Assembly (NCBI RefSeq): GCF_054482525.1
Contig: NZ_JBTHVG010000007.1
Reading direction: 5' to 3' (one strand)
Source: a plasmid
DNA length: 64,000 bases
Position 1 is the first letter of the stretch. Every line of letters starts with the position of its first letter. Positions 11,005-21,395 of the stretch are shown here, piece after piece. The notes under the pieces were generated by a model. It saw nothing but the letters and a program-made list of their open reading frames with translations. It was not told where the DNA came from and did no database searches. The translations under genes were made by a program, and so were the position numbers.

Positions 11005-11502
11005 TTATTGCCTGTCATAATAGTCCTGCCAACGAGTCCCAAAAGTATTTCCCGCTGAATCAAAGCCTCCATGCATAGGATATCCGGTTGAAGGGTTATA
11101 GTAGATCGTTGGGGTCTGTTCAATGCCCCCGAAGTCTAACTTTTCACTCCCATCATATTGGTCTTTGAGTTGATTTTGCCCCCATTTTTTTATGCTTATG
11201 CAACCACTAACTTGCCTTAATTCGTATAGTGTACCAATGATAAAAACCATCAGGCTTAATAACGGAGAGAGTAAGGAAGATACTGGCATCGTTATATACC
11301 AAACGCCTTTACTAAACTTAAACTCATCCGACACATCCCGTTTTTTTCGTATTTGAGAGAACAACCAGATAAACAGTCCCTGCCATAGCACTATGAAGAA
11401 CAGCATAAAAACTGTTTCGGCATTCCCCCAATCAGCCAGATAACAGGCGATAAACTGTATCACTGTTACCAGAGCAATATGGGCTAAACATCTCATTATC
11501 AT
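11005..11502 (-). CDS. traS: TraS-like entry-exclusion inner-membrane protein
   Basis: 165-aa hydrophobic protein in the traG-traT slot; assignment is by position and membrane character only. Confidence 0.5.
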   Translation of the reverse strand: MIMRCLAHIALVTVIQFIACYLADWGNAETVFMLFFIVLWQGLFIWLFSQIRKKRDVSDEFKFSKGVWYITMPVSSLLSPLLSLMVFIIGTLYELRQVSGCISIKKWGQNQLKDQYDGSEKLDFGGIEQTPTIYYNPSTGYPMHGGFDSAGNTFGTRWQDYYDRQ

Positions 11503-11517
11503 CTCCCAAACACAGTA

Positions 11518-14340
11518 TTATTGCTTATACTTATCCTGATACTCCTTTGCCCTTTTCATCAGTTCCTGTGGACTGTCAGCCCCGGGCATTCTTTCCTGAG
11601 CCGACTTTTCTTCATTATATTTATTATTCTGAGATAATGCCTCTGTTTTATGGTGATTCTGCAGTTCAGAATACTGTCCTCTTACAATATTTTCCTCGCC
11701 ACGTATGCTGTTCTGAGTATCACCTATATTCCCTTTATATTCTGTGACCATATTATCAACCTGATGTTTTACATCATTACGGATATTACTGTCCTGCGTT
11801 CTTTGCTCAATAATGGCCTGATGTCCCTGATGGTCAGCAATAATATCCTGACTGCCTCCACCCGAAGGTACGCTCTCCATTCCTTTACCAATATCGCCAC
11901 GGGATTCCCGCCAGGCATTATCAACACCAGGCTGTATCTGTTCCTGCACAAAAGACCAGGCCATTGCCCGACGGCGTTCTGCAATCTCCGGCGAACTGGT
12001 ATTTGTCAGAATAGCTTCGGCATCCTGCGGTGCGTGTTTCATCACATACTGTGCAAACTGTTGCGACAAATCTTCGCTCATCTGCCCACTCATGCTTTCA
12101 GTACGGGATGCCATTTCAGCATATTCATGGCTGCGGGTCATATTCGTCGTGTACTGGTCGTAACTCTGTTTCGCTGAATTCAGGGCTGCAGACAGTTGAT
12201 CCACCCGGGAATCAGCATTATTGTCAGTATGGCTGCCGGATTCACTGACTTTGCGACTGGTAAAGTAATCGCTGGCCTCTTTAAAGTCCTTACTGGCTTT
12301 AGCGTCAATATCATGACGAGCATCATAGCTGGCCCGTGAACCACTGCTGGCCTGATGCGCATCATCATCACTCCAGTCAATGCCAGCCCGACCACCACCT
12401 CTAACGCCTAATCCTCCACCAACACCAAGAATTTTAGGTTTAACCCCCCATTCAGCATGAGCATCTCCATACATCCCGGCAGAAGCTCTCGTACTTCTGG
12501 ATGCCAGTTCCTGAGTCGCCTGCTCATTACTGATATTATGCGCCTTCGCATAGCTTTCCACTGCACTGCGCATACGGCTGGCCATCATGGAGTCCTGTGC
12601 ACTCATCGTACTGTCAGCACCACTGGTGACAGAGTCACTGCTCCCCCGGTTAGAACCAAACTGACTGAGCGTGTTCCAGGCACTGGCAATACTGCTGCTG
12701 AAACCATGCAGGGCACTTTCTGCTCTGTTCGACGCCTCCCGGGCCATTTCCTGTTGTGCCACTGCAATCTGACGCGTTGCATTGATACCGACCGGTAAAC
12801 GGGACATCGCTCCGCTTGCATCCATCACCATATTACCGTCACGGGTCTGTGTGGCGGTTGCGCCACTGCCGGTCTGGTACATCATCTGACCAAACGACGT
12901 GGTGCTGTTGGTGCTCCAGCTGAAGCCGTTCACGTTTTCCGTCTGCATGTTGCCGTAGGAGTAATTACCGTCAACCACACTACCTGCCGCACTGGCAGTC
13001 GGGCTGATAGCAGAGGAAGCGAAATGGCTGTACACACTGGAAAATCCGGCCCCAAGCCCCCTGACCATCATCCAGGATAATGGCGGGATCATCATGGAAA
13101 GATACCCGGCAGTGGAAGCCAGATCGGAGTATTTCAGTTGTATCTGTGAAATTTCAGAGAGCACCACCGGCGCACCATTCTGTTTCGCATAAAATGTCAT
13201 GGCACTGTTCAGAATGGCGTACAAGAGTGGCCATGACTGCAGCCACATCAGGGCAAACACATAACCTTTCAGGACAGACAGCGTCAGTTTGTTGAATACA
13301 GCCGCCAGTACCAGGAGCGGGAAAATACCGATGGCGATCCCCGTCAGGATGGTCTGCGTCATGGGCAGTGTCCGCATCGCCACATGACCGATGGAGACAT
13401 GTGCCAGACGTTGTTTCTCCATCGATGACGTGGTGGCCAGATTCACCAGGCTGGCCGAATCACCATTACGTGCGGCATAACTGGTGATCCCCTCCTTCAG
13501 CGCATTGATGGTGACATTCTGGCGGATGATCTGGCTGGCTGATTTACTTGAGCCATAGAAGTAACTGTAACTGTCGCCAATCAGCGTACTGAACAGCAGG
13601 TTAGGATCAGGGCGTCCACCAAATAGCTGCTGGGCATAATAATGCCAGGTTTTTCCGCCACTCTGTGTGTCCAGATTCAGCTTGTCTTTCAGCGAAACCG
13701 ACGCGTCCTTACAGGTTACGAAATTATTATTGCTGTCATAAACGCCCCGCAGCGGGCTGGGGCGGGAAAAAATCAGCGTGTAGGGATCAGCGGAGGCCAT
13801 CAGCTCCTCCAGCGTGTATTTGTGGTTCAGGTAAATATCCCCCATAACACAGTTCTGCACATAATCCTGGAAAAGATTGGCGATTTCCGGATTGCGGGAC
13901 AAAAAGTCGGTGCTTTTTGATACCAGTTCTGCGCCAAACAGCATCCCCGTTTTGCTGTAGGTGACACTGTCCGGTTGCGTGAAGATCATCTCGTAACTGG
14001 CCACCATTGCATGCCCGATACGGGTCGTCAGTGAAAGTGGCATCGCCAGTCCGACCGGCACATTATCCACCCGGTGAACTTTGACCAGGTCACTGTTATC
14101 AATAATCTGCACCGATGTGCGGACATTAACCAGCAGGCTGATAAGCACAAATACGGCCACCCAGCCCAGCAAATCCATCACGTTGTGCCGCTGTACCCAC
14201 ATTACGGCCACCGCGAGAACAGACAATGTGAGCGCAATTTTTTCAATGGAATCCCACGTCCTGGTTCCCATAAAGGCGGCAATGGCGTTCAGGTTATTCC
14301 GCAACCACTCACCACCGGCAATCACATAAACTTCATTCAC
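11518..14340 (-). CDS. traG: TraG mating-pair stabilisation protein
   Basis: 940 aa, size and position match F TraG; polytopic N-terminal half. Confidence 0.9.
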   Translation of the reverse strand: MNEVYVIAGGEWLRNNLNAIAAFMGTRTWDSIEKIALTLSVLAVAVMWVQRHNVMDLLGWVAVFVLISLLVNVRTSVQIIDNSDLVKVHRVDNVPVGLAMPLSLTTRIGHAMVASYEMIFTQPDSVTYSKTGMLFGAELVSKSTDFLSRNPEIANLFQDYVQNCVMGDIYLNHKYTLEELMASADPYTLIFSRPSPLRGVYDSNNNFVTCKDASVSLKDKLNLDTQSGGKTWHYYAQQLFGGRPDPNLLFSTLIGDSYSYFYGSSKSASQIIRQNVTINALKEGITSYAARNGDSASLVNLATTSSMEKQRLAHVSIGHVAMRTLPMTQTILTGIAIGIFPLLVLAAVFNKLTLSVLKGYVFALMWLQSWPLLYAILNSAMTFYAKQNGAPVVLSEISQIQLKYSDLASTAGYLSMMIPPLSWMMVRGLGAGFSSVYSHFASSAISPTASAAGSVVDGNYSYGNMQTENVNGFSWSTNSTTSFGQMMYQTGSGATATQTRDGNMVMDASGAMSRLPVGINATRQIAVAQQEMAREASNRAESALHGFSSSIASAWNTLSQFGSNRGSSDSVTSGADSTMSAQDSMMASRMRSAVESYAKAHNISNEQATQELASRSTRASAGMYGDAHAEWGVKPKILGVGGGLGVRGGGRAGIDWSDDDAHQASSGSRASYDARHDIDAKASKDFKEASDYFTSRKVSESGSHTDNNADSRVDQLSAALNSAKQSYDQYTTNMTRSHEYAEMASRTESMSGQMSEDLSQQFAQYVMKHAPQDAEAILTNTSSPEIAERRRAMAWSFVQEQIQPGVDNAWRESRGDIGKGMESVPSGGGSQDIIADHQGHQAIIEQRTQDSNIRNDVKHQVDNMVTEYKGNIGDTQNSIRGEENIVRGQYSELQNHHKTEALSQNNKYNEEKSAQERMPGADSPQELMKRAKEYQDKYKQ

Positions 14341-15713
14341 CGCGTGCTCCCTCCGAAGTGATAGTTGTTTTGGTAACGACTGAGCATGCGGGCGGAAAGC
14401 TGCTGACGCATGTAGCTCATCTGACGATCGACAACCAGCAGCGCATCCTGCTGTACCTGCACCTGTGACTGAAACGCCGCAATCTGCCGGGTGGCATCAT
14501 TCATGTTGTCGTTAATATGTCCGATAACCGCTTCGTCATAATTTCCCGTGGCCACCATCGCCCGGGCCTGCTGTATCAGCTCCTGAATGTACTGCAGCAG
14601 GATGTCGTAACCGATATAGTCCGTCAGCTGGTAAATCATGCTGTTGGAAACTCCGAGCATCTGCGGGTCAACCAGGTATTTGAAGACGGGGATGGTGGTA
14701 CTGGAAATAAAGCCTTTTTCCTTGTCATCCAGAGGCGTGTCACTGACCGCCTTGTTCTGAATGCTGGCCAGAAGTTTAGTAATCTGAGACTTCAGTGCAT
14801 TATCCCGGCTGATAGTCACCGGTGTGTCTGCCACCACTTTCAGGCATTTATCAGAATCGTTGCAGTGATAAATTTTTGCTGTGCCGCCTTCCATCATGGC
14901 CCGGATAATTGAGCGGTCAGTGGTTCTGGCTGACAGCGGTGTGATTTCGCCGTTGGGACCAAACACCAGTGAGCCGGTCAGCGTCATCACAAATTCTTTC
15001 AGCTCTTTGTTGCCGTCAAACATTCTGTTTTTGGAAAGCGCATTCCACATGATGTTGATGTTTTTGGTCACCCGCTCCTTATCCTTGTCGCTGGCTTTAT
15101 CCCTGACACTGTCAGATTTCCCGCCAACGGTACATCCCTGCCGGGAAGCCGCCCAGTCAGCAAAAATATTGCTCTCACCGGCAATGTCCTGACAGACTTT
15201 CTGCTGGGACACCTGCGTCCGGGGGAAAAGCCCGCCGATAATCCCCTGTGCAGCCTGGCAGGAACTGAGGTTCATACTGTTAATGTCGCTTGCCATTTTC
15301 TGCACGAAGTCTTTTGCGGTTTTTATTTCCGGCACCGTTGTCTGCAGGGCAAGGTCAAAAAAGTAACCGGCAGCATTGCTCATAATCTGCTTAACAAAAC
15401 GCTGCAACTGCTCACCATTAATAAAACTGAACGAGCCGAGATAGGCGTCGATGCCGCCACATCCAGCATTGATATCCGGCAGCGTCATGGAAATTAGCTG
15501 AACATTTTTGACCTGAGTACGGGCATACAGGGAGCCACCGTAAGCATAGCCGGCGGCCTGCCCCTGCCAGACGCCCGGCTGTGTGGTATTGGAAGCAAAT
15601 CCCAGCTTATTAAAGAACTGATTCATGTCGCTGTTCACATCCGCTGACGCTGCAGGCGTCACCGTCAGTAAGGCGGCACAAAGAACCAGAAGAGGTTTAA
15701 TGCGTGGCATCAT
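14337..15713 (-). CDS. traH: TraH pilus assembly protein
   Basis: 458 aa with signal peptide; same length as F TraH. Confidence 0.9.
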   Translation of the reverse strand: MMPRIKPLLVLCAALLTVTPAASADVNSDMNQFFNKLGFASNTTQPGVWQGQAAGYAYGGSLYARTQVKNVQLISMTLPDINAGCGGIDAYLGSFSFINGEQLQRFVKQIMSNAAGYFFDLALQTTVPEIKTAKDFVQKMASDINSMNLSSCQAAQGIIGGLFPRTQVSQQKVCQDIAGESNIFADWAASRQGCTVGGKSDSVRDKASDKDKERVTKNINIMWNALSKNRMFDGNKELKEFVMTLTGSLVFGPNGEITPLSARTTDRSIIRAMMEGGTAKIYHCNDSDKCLKVVADTPVTISRDNALKSQITKLLASIQNKAVSDTPLDDKEKGFISSTTIPVFKYLVDPQMLGVSNSMIYQLTDYIGYDILLQYIQELIQQARAMVATGNYDEAVIGHINDNMNDATRQIAAFQSQVQVQQDALLVVDRQMSYMRQQLSARMLSRYQNNYHFGGSTR

Positions 15714-16090
15714 TCTTGCCCTCCCTTAATGTGTTCTCCCGGTGCATACGACATTTCAGCAGGAATATCTCGATATTTCCGTATATTAATTCGTACATTG
15801 GGGACAGAAAAAAATGTAACAAGAAACCCGGCTGCAAGCGCATATAACGCATACGGAATGGCATATATCAGGATATTCCACATATAACTCGAATTATTTA
15901 ATTCCGGGTCCGCTTTCCACGAATCAATACAGGCATCAAAAATAATATCCATAACTGTCCATAAAACAATTCCGGCAGTCAGGAATACCAGAGACAACCC
16001 AGCATACCTGCCAGTAATTCTGGAAATGTATTTATAATCTCGTTCTGTACTTCTGATTTTGAGCTCAGGATTACTTTTATTTTCTCTCAT
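15710..16090 (-). CDS. trbF: TrbF
   Basis: 126 aa from an internal Met; membrane protein in the traH-trbJ slot. Confidence 0.55.
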   Translation of the reverse strand: MRENKSNPELKIRSTERDYKYISRITGRYAGLSLVFLTAGIVLWTVMDIIFDACIDSWKADPELNNSSYMWNILIYAIPYALYALAAGFLVTFFSVPNVRINIRKYRDIPAEMSYAPGEHIKGGQE

Positions 16091-16358
16091 TATAAGTTCC
16101 CTCTGATATTTCCGATGATTCATTCAGACCGGTCATGCGGCTGTAATATATTTCAGACACCGAAATCCATCCCACAATTGCCCCCACAAAAAACACAACA
16201 GAAACAGAAAAGGTAAGACTCAGCGAAACGACAATTTCTACAGGGCTGGCGGGATAAAAAAGCCCCTGACGGATAAAGGGGATATTCAGGCTGACGATTA
16301 TTCCCGTCACGATGCCGGATATTCCGGCAATGAGTAACACCACCTGCTTATTTCGCAC
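16077..16358 (-). CDS. trbJ: TrbJ
   Basis: 93 aa if started at the GTG giving VRNKQVVLLIAG...; small membrane protein in the expected slot. Confidence 0.5.
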   Translation of the reverse strand: MRNKQVVLLIAGISGIVTGIIVSLNIPFIRQGLFYPASPVEIVVSLSLTFSVSVVFFVGAIVGWISVSEIYYSRMTGLNESSEISEGTYNERK

Positions 16359-16893
16359 CTTTTTTTCCTCCGTACATCTGCAAAACGGTATCCACCCGCG
16401 CCATAAAACCGGCGGCATCCGTTGCCCCCTGTAAAAGCGGTAATGCCTCAAGCGTGTTGACGTTGACCAGGAAGGTGGTCGGTGTGGCCACCGGGATATT
16501 CGGGAAGAAGGTCTGCATCACCTCCGGTGGCACCGGTAATGCTTCAGGAAAGGCCGTATCCCCCTGACCATCCAGGGTGTAGGAAAAAACGGAAAAGCCG
16601 TACTGCTGTGCCAGCTGTTTCAGTACCGGGTCAAACTGGTGACAGTAAGGGCAATGCCCCTGCATAAACAGCACCACCTTCCAGTCGGCCAGGTTAACCT
16701 GCCTGCCATTACTGAGGCGGAACCAGCGGGGAGCCGGCTTTGCTGTCCTGGCTGACGTGCCTGCTGCCGGTTGTGCAGGCTGCGTAGCCATACCCTGCGG
16801 ATTCCAGAGTCGCTCTATTTCATCCCGGGTGGAGGCCTGCACAGCAGCGGCGCTCAGCAACAGGGTGAACAGCAGTGATTTAGTGAGAGACAT
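16348..16893 (-). CDS. trbB: TrbB periplasmic thioredoxin-like disulfide isomerase
   Basis: 181 aa, signal peptide, CxxC motif (HCPYC). Confidence 0.8.
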   Translation of the reverse strand: MSLTKSLLFTLLLSAAAVQASTRDEIERLWNPQGMATQPAQPAAGTSARTAKPAPRWFRLSNGRQVNLADWKVVLFMQGHCPYCHQFDPVLKQLAQQYGFSVFSYTLDGQGDTAFPEALPVPPEVMQTFFPNIPVATPTTFLVNVNTLEALPLLQGATDAAGFMARVDTVLQMYGGKKGAK

Positions 16894-17164
16894 GTCCGCC
16901 CTCCTGCTGCCCTTCCATCATGGCCTGTTGCCTGGCTTCCAGTGCCTCACGCTCTTCCCGGCTGACACGGGCAATCCATGCATCCAGCACCTGGTATGCG
17001 CCGAACAGTACGAGAATGGCCGCAATCAGCTCCGCCAGAAAAAAAGCCATCCAGGGTTTGCTGTAAACAAGACGGGCGACGATATGAAACCAGACACCCA
17101 GGGAAAATACCCACATTCCCGTAATATCAAGCCGGGGTAAAGAGAATCTGCGTTTACTTATCAT
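16880..17164 (-). CDS. traQ: TraQ pilin chaperone
   Basis: 94-aa membrane protein; same size and position as F TraQ. Confidence 0.7.
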   Translation of the reverse strand: MISKRRFSLPRLDITGMWVFSLGVWFHIVARLVYSKPWMAFFLAELIAAILVLFGAYQVLDAWIARVSREEREALEARQQAMMEGQQEGGHVSH

Positions 17165-17244
17165 GTTAAACTCCGGTTATTATTTACATGAGAGTATTCA
17201 TGTCTGTAATATTCGCGTTTGTGTGATATTAATCAGAGGTACAA

Positions 17245-17559
17245 ATGGAAAAGCGATCTTTTAAAGAAAAACTGGAAATAATCAGAAACATAATAAGAGA
17301 GTCGTTACCGGGAAATGCGGCAATTATTGCGCTGATATATGCAGCATCACATTCATTACCGGTCAATGCCTTCCCTGACTATCTTGTAATAAGTTTATTA
17401 AGTATCGCAGCAGGCATCGTTGTATTATGGTTATTTTCAATTATCTATATTTATTTTTGTGAGCTATTCAGAAGCCACTGGATTGCGGTATGGTTTATCA
17501 TATGGTCTTCAGTAATCAACCTCATTATTTTGTATGGTTTTTATGACCGTTTTATATGA
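17245..17559 (+). CDS. artA: ArtA (anti-tra-strand ORF)
   Basis: 104-aa hydrophobic ORF on the opposite strand between traQ and trbA, as in F. Confidence 0.5.
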   Translation: MEKRSFKEKLEIIRNIIRESLPGNAAIIALIYAASHSLPVNAFPDYLVISLLSIAAGIVVLWLFSIIYIYFCELFRSHWIAVWFIIWSSVINLIILYGFYDRFI

Positions 17560-17560
17560 C

Positions 17561-17908
17561 TTAGCCTGTCATAAGCCCCCTTATAAAAAACCACATCACT
17601 CCGGACCATACCGATGACAACACAATACAGATAAATATTCTTCTGAACCTGTCGAAGCTCGTAACGTCCGGTAATGCGGCCGCAACTATTGAAACAACCA
17701 GTGCTGCGCCCTGACTCATAATTGCACCACACAGAAACCAGAGACTGGCGGTAAGCACATATAAACACGCGATATTAATAACAAGGAAAACCAGTGAGCT
17801 CAGGAGAAACATTTTCCTGTCATTACGCTCAGAAAAGAAATAACCGGCAATAATGACAAATATTAACAGAACAACACCTGTAAACATTTTCAAATAATCT
17901 TCACTCAT
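17561..17908 (-). CDS. trbA: TrbA
   Basis: 115-aa membrane protein in the traF-traQ interval. Confidence 0.6.
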   Translation of the reverse strand: MSEDYLKMFTGVVLLIFVIIAGYFFSERNDRKMFLLSSLVFLVINIACLYVLTASLWFLCGAIMSQGAALVVSIVAAALPDVTSFDRFRRIFICIVLSSVWSGVMWFFIRGLMTG

Positions 17909-17923
17909 AAATCAAATCCGCGA

Positions 17924-18667
17924 TTAAAAATTGGGTTTAAAATCTTCAGAAACGTTCAGGAACTGTTTTGCCAGGTCGTCCTGCGAAATAAAGCCGTATG
18001 ATAACGGGCGAATACTGCCCTGTTTCGGGTCAACCAGCATCATGGCCGGGAAATATTTCACGCCGAGGCGCTGCGCCTGCCCCTGGTCAGTCCGGGAATC
18101 CGGCAACAGCGGATTAATCACGCCATCCACGGAAACGGGAATAACACTCAGACCATACGTATCCCGGAAGCCATTAATGACCTGCGCCAGTTGCCCGTCG
18201 ATGGGGTCCTGCCCCCGGTAAAAAAACATGATGCCGTAGTGTTCAGCCAGTTTCGCAATGGCCTGTCGCTGCTGCGCCTGGTCTGCTGCCAGCTGGTTCC
18301 GTACCGTGCCGTTGTAATGGCTGTACTGCAGGTTATAGTCCAGTTCAGGATGTGCCAGCATGGCCTTTCTGGCGCTCATGGTGAAAAGCCCGGCCTGCTG
18401 AGTCCAGTAATTTTGCAGCCGGAAATATTTCACAAAATTATCCACGCCGGGATACAGAATGGCTTCGTACAGCGCCCGCTTTGTTGCCGTCTGCAGTGCG
18501 GCCAGTTTCTGCATAATATCCGGTTCCTGACGGGGGGCTGCAGATACAGGTTTATTTTCTTTTTCCTTCGGATTTATTTTCTCGTTATACCACTGCCAGC
18601 CTGCATCTTTTCCTGACGCCGGAAAAATAAAGCAGCAGAGTAACAGTGGCAGTAATGCTTTATTCAT
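17924..18667 (-). CDS. traF: TraF pilus assembly protein (thioredoxin fold)
   Basis: 247 aa from MNKALLPLLLCCFIFPASG; the called ORF has 10 extra N-terminal codons. Confidence 0.85.
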   Translation of the reverse strand: MNKALLPLLLCCFIFPASGKDAGWQWYNEKINPKEKENKPVSAAPRQEPDIMQKLAALQTATKRALYEAILYPGVDNFVKYFRLQNYWTQQAGLFTMSARKAMLAHPELDYNLQYSHYNGTVRNQLAADQAQQRQAIAKLAEHYGIMFFYRGQDPIDGQLAQVINGFRDTYGLSVIPVSVDGVINPLLPDSRTDQGQAQRLGVKYFPAMMLVDPKQGSIRPLSYGFISQDDLAKQFLNVSEDFKPNF

Positions 18668-18920
18668 CTTCATTCCTTTCATCACTTTTTCTTTCATCAG
18701 GTTTCTGCAGGTCAGTCAGGGCAGAAAAACAAAAATACAGAATAAACAGGAGCACACCGGAGTAAAGGATAACGAAAGCAGCGGCAAGCATCCCGTCTGC
18801 CGTGGTTTCTTTTACCGTATCCCACGACCAGATAATTACCGGAGAAATGACAATCGCTGTAATCAAAAGCCGGATAAGAAAATCAATAAAACGGTTCGAC
18901 GTGAATATGACTTTCATCAT
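18660..18920 (-). CDS. trbE: TrbE
   Basis: 86-aa membrane protein; same size and position as F TrbE. Confidence 0.6.
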   Translation of the reverse strand: MMKVIFTSNRFIDFLIRLLITAIVISPVIIWSWDTVKETTADGMLAAAFVILYSGVLLFILYFCFSALTDLQKPDERKSDERNEDE

Positions 18921-18943
18921 TTCCCCCGGTTATTTCCCATACC

Positions 18944-20752
18944 TTACTGTCCTGCCTGTTTCAGCTGGTCAGCAATCTGCTCTTTCACTTTCTGCGTCAG
19001 AACGCCACTGTCCGGGATTTTCTGGTTATTCATCAGGTCTTCGTAGAAGTTAGTGAAATCCAGTCTGTTGAACTGAATTTTCTGCAGCTCATCAACCGTA
19101 ATCCCCCGACAGTCAGGATGCTTCGCACTACCAAAACTGATACGCAACTGACCGTTGCGCCCCTGCTGCTGGACTATCTGCGCCAGCTTCGAATCAAACT
19201 GACAGTAGCTGCGTTTTTTCTCCAGACAGACACCCAGCACTTTCTTCGAACAGAACTCCCCGACGCTGACGGTCAGTTTGTTTGATTTTGCTTTAGCCAG
19301 GGCCTTTTCATCACTGCTGCATTTGGCCAGCCCGATATCCTGTCCCCAGCCGCTGTCCTTACAGCAGTTGCTGTATCCGGCTGCAGCCTTCTTACAAAAT
19401 TTCGCCTGACCGGTGAAAGCACGGACATCCCCCCCGTTCAGCGCCGCAACATCCTTACCTGCTGCGGCCAGTGCCGCCAGCTGAGAAACGGCTTCGGCAA
19501 AATCATTACTCTGCCCGCTCTGAGCCTTATCGCATTCGCCATCGAGACAGAATACGTCTCCCCCACAGACCATCACTTTCCCGGATGTTTTTGACTCACA
19601 GGAGTACGTGGCATATTCATGCAGACAGGCACCTTCTTCGGAGTAAAAGGCACACTGGTGTGACACCAGGGTACAGGCAGGATTGTCGGTGTAGGTCTGA
19701 CAGGTTCCCTTGTCTGCTGACTGCGTGACATACGTGTCCCGGTATGCCCAGCAGCTCTGGTACATGCTGTATGACTGACCGTCTTTCACCAGCGTCCTGT
19801 TCCCGCCAGCCTCCGTACATTCTGTTTTTGTCAGTTTCCCCTGCTCCTTGCTGAACGGGCAGCTTTCAGACCAGACAACATACGGGGTGTACGAGGCTTT
19901 TTTTACCCTGACAACCAGACGCAGCTTCATTGCCGTATGACGTTTGAATTTTGTATTCCCGACCCGGACGGGGTGAGATGACGTAAAAGCCACACCGGCA
20001 GTCAGTGTTTTCTGTACTGGTGTAAATGAGGCATCTGCTGAGTATTTGGCATTCCAGCTCAGTGGGGTTCCCAGTACTGTAATTGTCATAGGTACACTCT
20101 TCTGCAAGTAAGTACGACTCCAGCTGTAATGCGCATCGACAATTTCACCGGTAACGGGAGAGGTAATGGAGACAACATACTGACCATTCACTTCACGTGC
20201 AGGTAGCTGACTCATTTCATACTCCAGCGTCCGGGTTTCCCATGTGGTACTCCCCTGCAGCTCCATACGGGCAGTTCGTGTGCAGTACTGCTCCACCTGT
20301 AAATCCCGCTCACAGGTGTAATTCGTGTATTCACTCCTGCTAATCTCCTGCGCACTGCACTGCTGCCCGGTGTTTCCCACAATGCTGTCAGCCCGGTTCA
20401 CCACATCCCTGCCGGTCTGGATAAACGGTGCATCCGGTGAAAGAATGTCTTTCGGCTTGTTCATGAATGACTCTGTAATGGTTTTTCCGGTTTCACCGGT
20501 CGCCCATTCCGTGGTGCCGTCATTTTTCAGGCCGCCATCCCCGCCGGCAGTCACGCCACCGTAATATTTTGTCTCGTCCGGATTCGCGTTATAGCCGGGG
20601 ATACTCTCCTGTGGCTTAAAGCCCTGAATACTGCTGCTTCCCTGCCCTTTGATCTGGTGAGCAAAATCAGAACCGGCCCGGTAATCACTGTTGCTGTCAG
20701 CCTGTGCCATGCCGGCAACCAGAGCCAGTATCAGAGGTAAAATACGTTTCAT
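18944..20752 (-). CDS. traN: TraN mating-pair stabilisation outer-membrane protein
   Basis: 602 aa, signal peptide, cysteine-rich C-terminal half; same length as F TraN. Confidence 0.9.
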   Translation of the reverse strand: MKRILPLILALVAGMAQADSNSDYRAGSDFAHQIKGQGSSSIQGFKPQESIPGYNANPDETKYYGGVTAGGDGGLKNDGTTEWATGETGKTITESFMNKPKDILSPDAPFIQTGRDVVNRADSIVGNTGQQCSAQEISRSEYTNYTCERDLQVEQYCTRTARMELQGSTTWETRTLEYEMSQLPAREVNGQYVVSITSPVTGEIVDAHYSWSRTYLQKSVPMTITVLGTPLSWNAKYSADASFTPVQKTLTAGVAFTSSHPVRVGNTKFKRHTAMKLRLVVRVKKASYTPYVVWSESCPFSKEQGKLTKTECTEAGGNRTLVKDGQSYSMYQSCWAYRDTYVTQSADKGTCQTYTDNPACTLVSHQCAFYSEEGACLHEYATYSCESKTSGKVMVCGGDVFCLDGECDKAQSGQSNDFAEAVSQLAALAAAGKDVAALNGGDVRAFTGQAKFCKKAAAGYSNCCKDSGWGQDIGLAKCSSDEKALAKAKSNKLTVSVGEFCSKKVLGVCLEKKRSYCQFDSKLAQIVQQQGRNGQLRISFGSAKHPDCRGITVDELQKIQFNRLDFTNFYEDLMNNQKIPDSGVLTQKVKEQIADQLKQAGQ

Positions 20753-21390
20753 TTCCCGGAATCTCCTTTCCCTGCCAGTAAATCATGAGCCACCTGCCGG
20801 CAGTCACCCGTGGCGGCCACTTTCTCCAGCGCCTGGCCGACCCGCAGGTTTCCCCGGATGATGTCGTATCCCTGACTGCAGAACACCACCAGTGCCGGTA
20901 CAGTGCGAATGCCGTACTGTGAAAACAGCGTCGGGTCGATCTGAACACCATCAGTCGCTCCGTCTTTCACCAGGGACAACACAGCTTCAGCGGTGGTCTT
21001 CAGGTCATTGTTCACCATGCCCCGCAGTGTGGCCGGAATACCGTAGTGCCGGGTTTCGCCCAGCATTCGTTTCAGCCCCTCTTCGGGAATGGAAAACGAC
21101 ACAAAATACAGAGCACCCTGCCGGGGTTTCCCGTCCTGCGAAGCCTGCTGTTTACGAACCAGCTCATCCAGGAAATGGTTATCTGAACGCTGAAGGGGGG
21201 TTTCCAGCACCTGTTTCTCCGCCCAGGCTTTCAGCTGATGGTCAGGTTTTTCACGCAGTTGTCTGCTTAAATTTTCCTGCTGCTTCAGGAACTGGCGGTT
21301 TTCAGGAGTGTTCACGTTTTCTGACGCCATAACCGCCCCGTTCAGCATCATCAGCAGTGCTGCCAGAGATTTCATACTCAGCTTCATCAT
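20749..21390 (-). CDS. trbC: TrbC pilus assembly protein
   Basis: 213 aa with signal peptide, in the traU-traN slot. Confidence 0.85.
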   Translation of the reverse strand: MMKLSMKSLAALLMMLNGAVMASENVNTPENRQFLKQQENLSRQLREKPDHQLKAWAEKQVLETPLQRSDNHFLDELVRKQQASQDGKPRQGALYFVSFSIPEEGLKRMLGETRHYGIPATLRGMVNNDLKTTAEAVLSLVKDGATDGVQIDPTLFSQYGIRTVPALVVFCSQGYDIIRGNLRVGQALEKVAATGDCRQVAHDLLAGKGDSGK

Positions 21391-21395
21391 TCACC

